Below, in pieces: positions 63,807 to 64,000 of a stretch of DNA of 64,000 bases. Below the pieces are notes generated by a model. The model saw nothing but the letters and a program-made list of their open reading frames with translations. It was not told the origin of the DNA and did not search any database. The position numbers and the translations under genes are program-made. This DNA is from a virus (taxonomy: Duplodnaviria > Heunggongvirae > Uroviricota > Caudoviricetes), in the IMG/VR virus record IMGVR_UViG_3300038393_000804, positions 83,598 to 147,597 of that record, one strand, 5' to 3'. Every line of letters begins with the position of its first letter. Within the stretch, counting starts at the first letter, position 1.

Positions 63807-63823
63807 GCGGTAGTCTTTTTTTA
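63796..63823 (+). terminator. Rho-independent terminator (CTACTGC-GTAA-GCGGTAG plus TCTTTTTTTAT)
   Basis: GNRA loop followed by a T7 run. Confidence 0.6.
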
Positions 63824-63835
63824 TGAGGTGATAAC

Positions 63836-64000
63836 ATGAAGGTTCGCGTAAAGGTTCAGAATCATTGGAGCAGTGATATTCGAGATAGCCTTAATCAGAA
63901 TCCTATTCGAGAAGTCTACATTGAAGAACACGAACACGACAGCGACCCAAAGTACGGCTGGTACTTGGTTCATACAGGAGTTGAAACTACTGGCACTTTT
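63836..64000 (+). CDS. hypothetical protein, 5' partial in this window (continues beyond the window end)
   Basis: GAGGTGATAAC RBS; ATG at 63836. Confidence 0.4.
   Translation, partial: MKVRVKVQNHWSSDIRDSLNQNPIREVYIEEHEHDSDPKYGWYLVHTGVETTGTF

Noticed and set aside
1-64000. Search for integrase or recombinase, tRNA genes and CRISPR arrays
   Set aside because: No tyrosine or serine recombinase motifs and no cloverleaf-compatible tRNA candidates were found. The only regular repeats are coding (poly-Ubl) or the non-coding hairpin units, so the window appears lytic-type with no such features.

Overview
The window looks like part of a large, low-GC lytic phage genome from a Firmicutes (Bacillus-like) host. 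Evidence seen directly: AGGAGG-type ribosome-binding sites (recurring aTTGGAGGAATt context), many rho-independent terminators with cUUCGg or GNRA loops, and no integrase, tRNA or CRISPR array. Layout: (i) 160-9682 is a leftward (minus-strand) block with a calcineurin-like phosphoesterase, an unknown 484-aa protein, a large terminase (TerL) whose P-loop is split by a roughly 400-aa LAGLIDADG intein, four Gly/Ala-rich proteins and a Cys-cluster protein. (ii) About 9.7-12.0 kb is a divergent control region with convergent terminators, sigma-A-like promoters and operator-like inverted repeats. (iii) 11.1-64 kb is one long rightward block of small, mostly unknown early-type genes, many encoding tiny membrane peptides. 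Interspersed are recognisable host-takeover and auxiliary genes: a SigF/G-like sigma factor with a long C-terminal extension, an AbrB-N-domain protein, a Spx/ArsC-like protein that has lost its CxxC, an RHH candidate, a LysM membrane protein, an SPFH/band-7 protein, a CCA-adding enzyme with HD domain plus a second minimal head-domain nucleotidyltransferase, an AAA+ ATPase, and a Prs-like/HAD/NAMPT-like trio (NAD salvage or NARP1-type NAD reconstitution). The most notable region is 57.3-63.8 kb, an apparent phage-encoded ubiquitin-like conjugation operon. It has a six-repeat poly-Ubl-like gene arranged like a eukaryotic polyubiquitin precursor, a Zn-ribbon protein, a long ER-rich coiled-coil protein, a possible E2-like protein, a JAB/JAMM metallopeptidase with an intact motif, and a ThiF/MoeB E1-like enzyme. 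Also notable is a 1.1-kb non-coding island at 51.9-53.05 kb with three tandem repeat units, each forming a roughly 20-bp-stem hairpin. There is strong local enrichment of the palindrome CTATATAG and an array of CTATATAAGGGG repeats.
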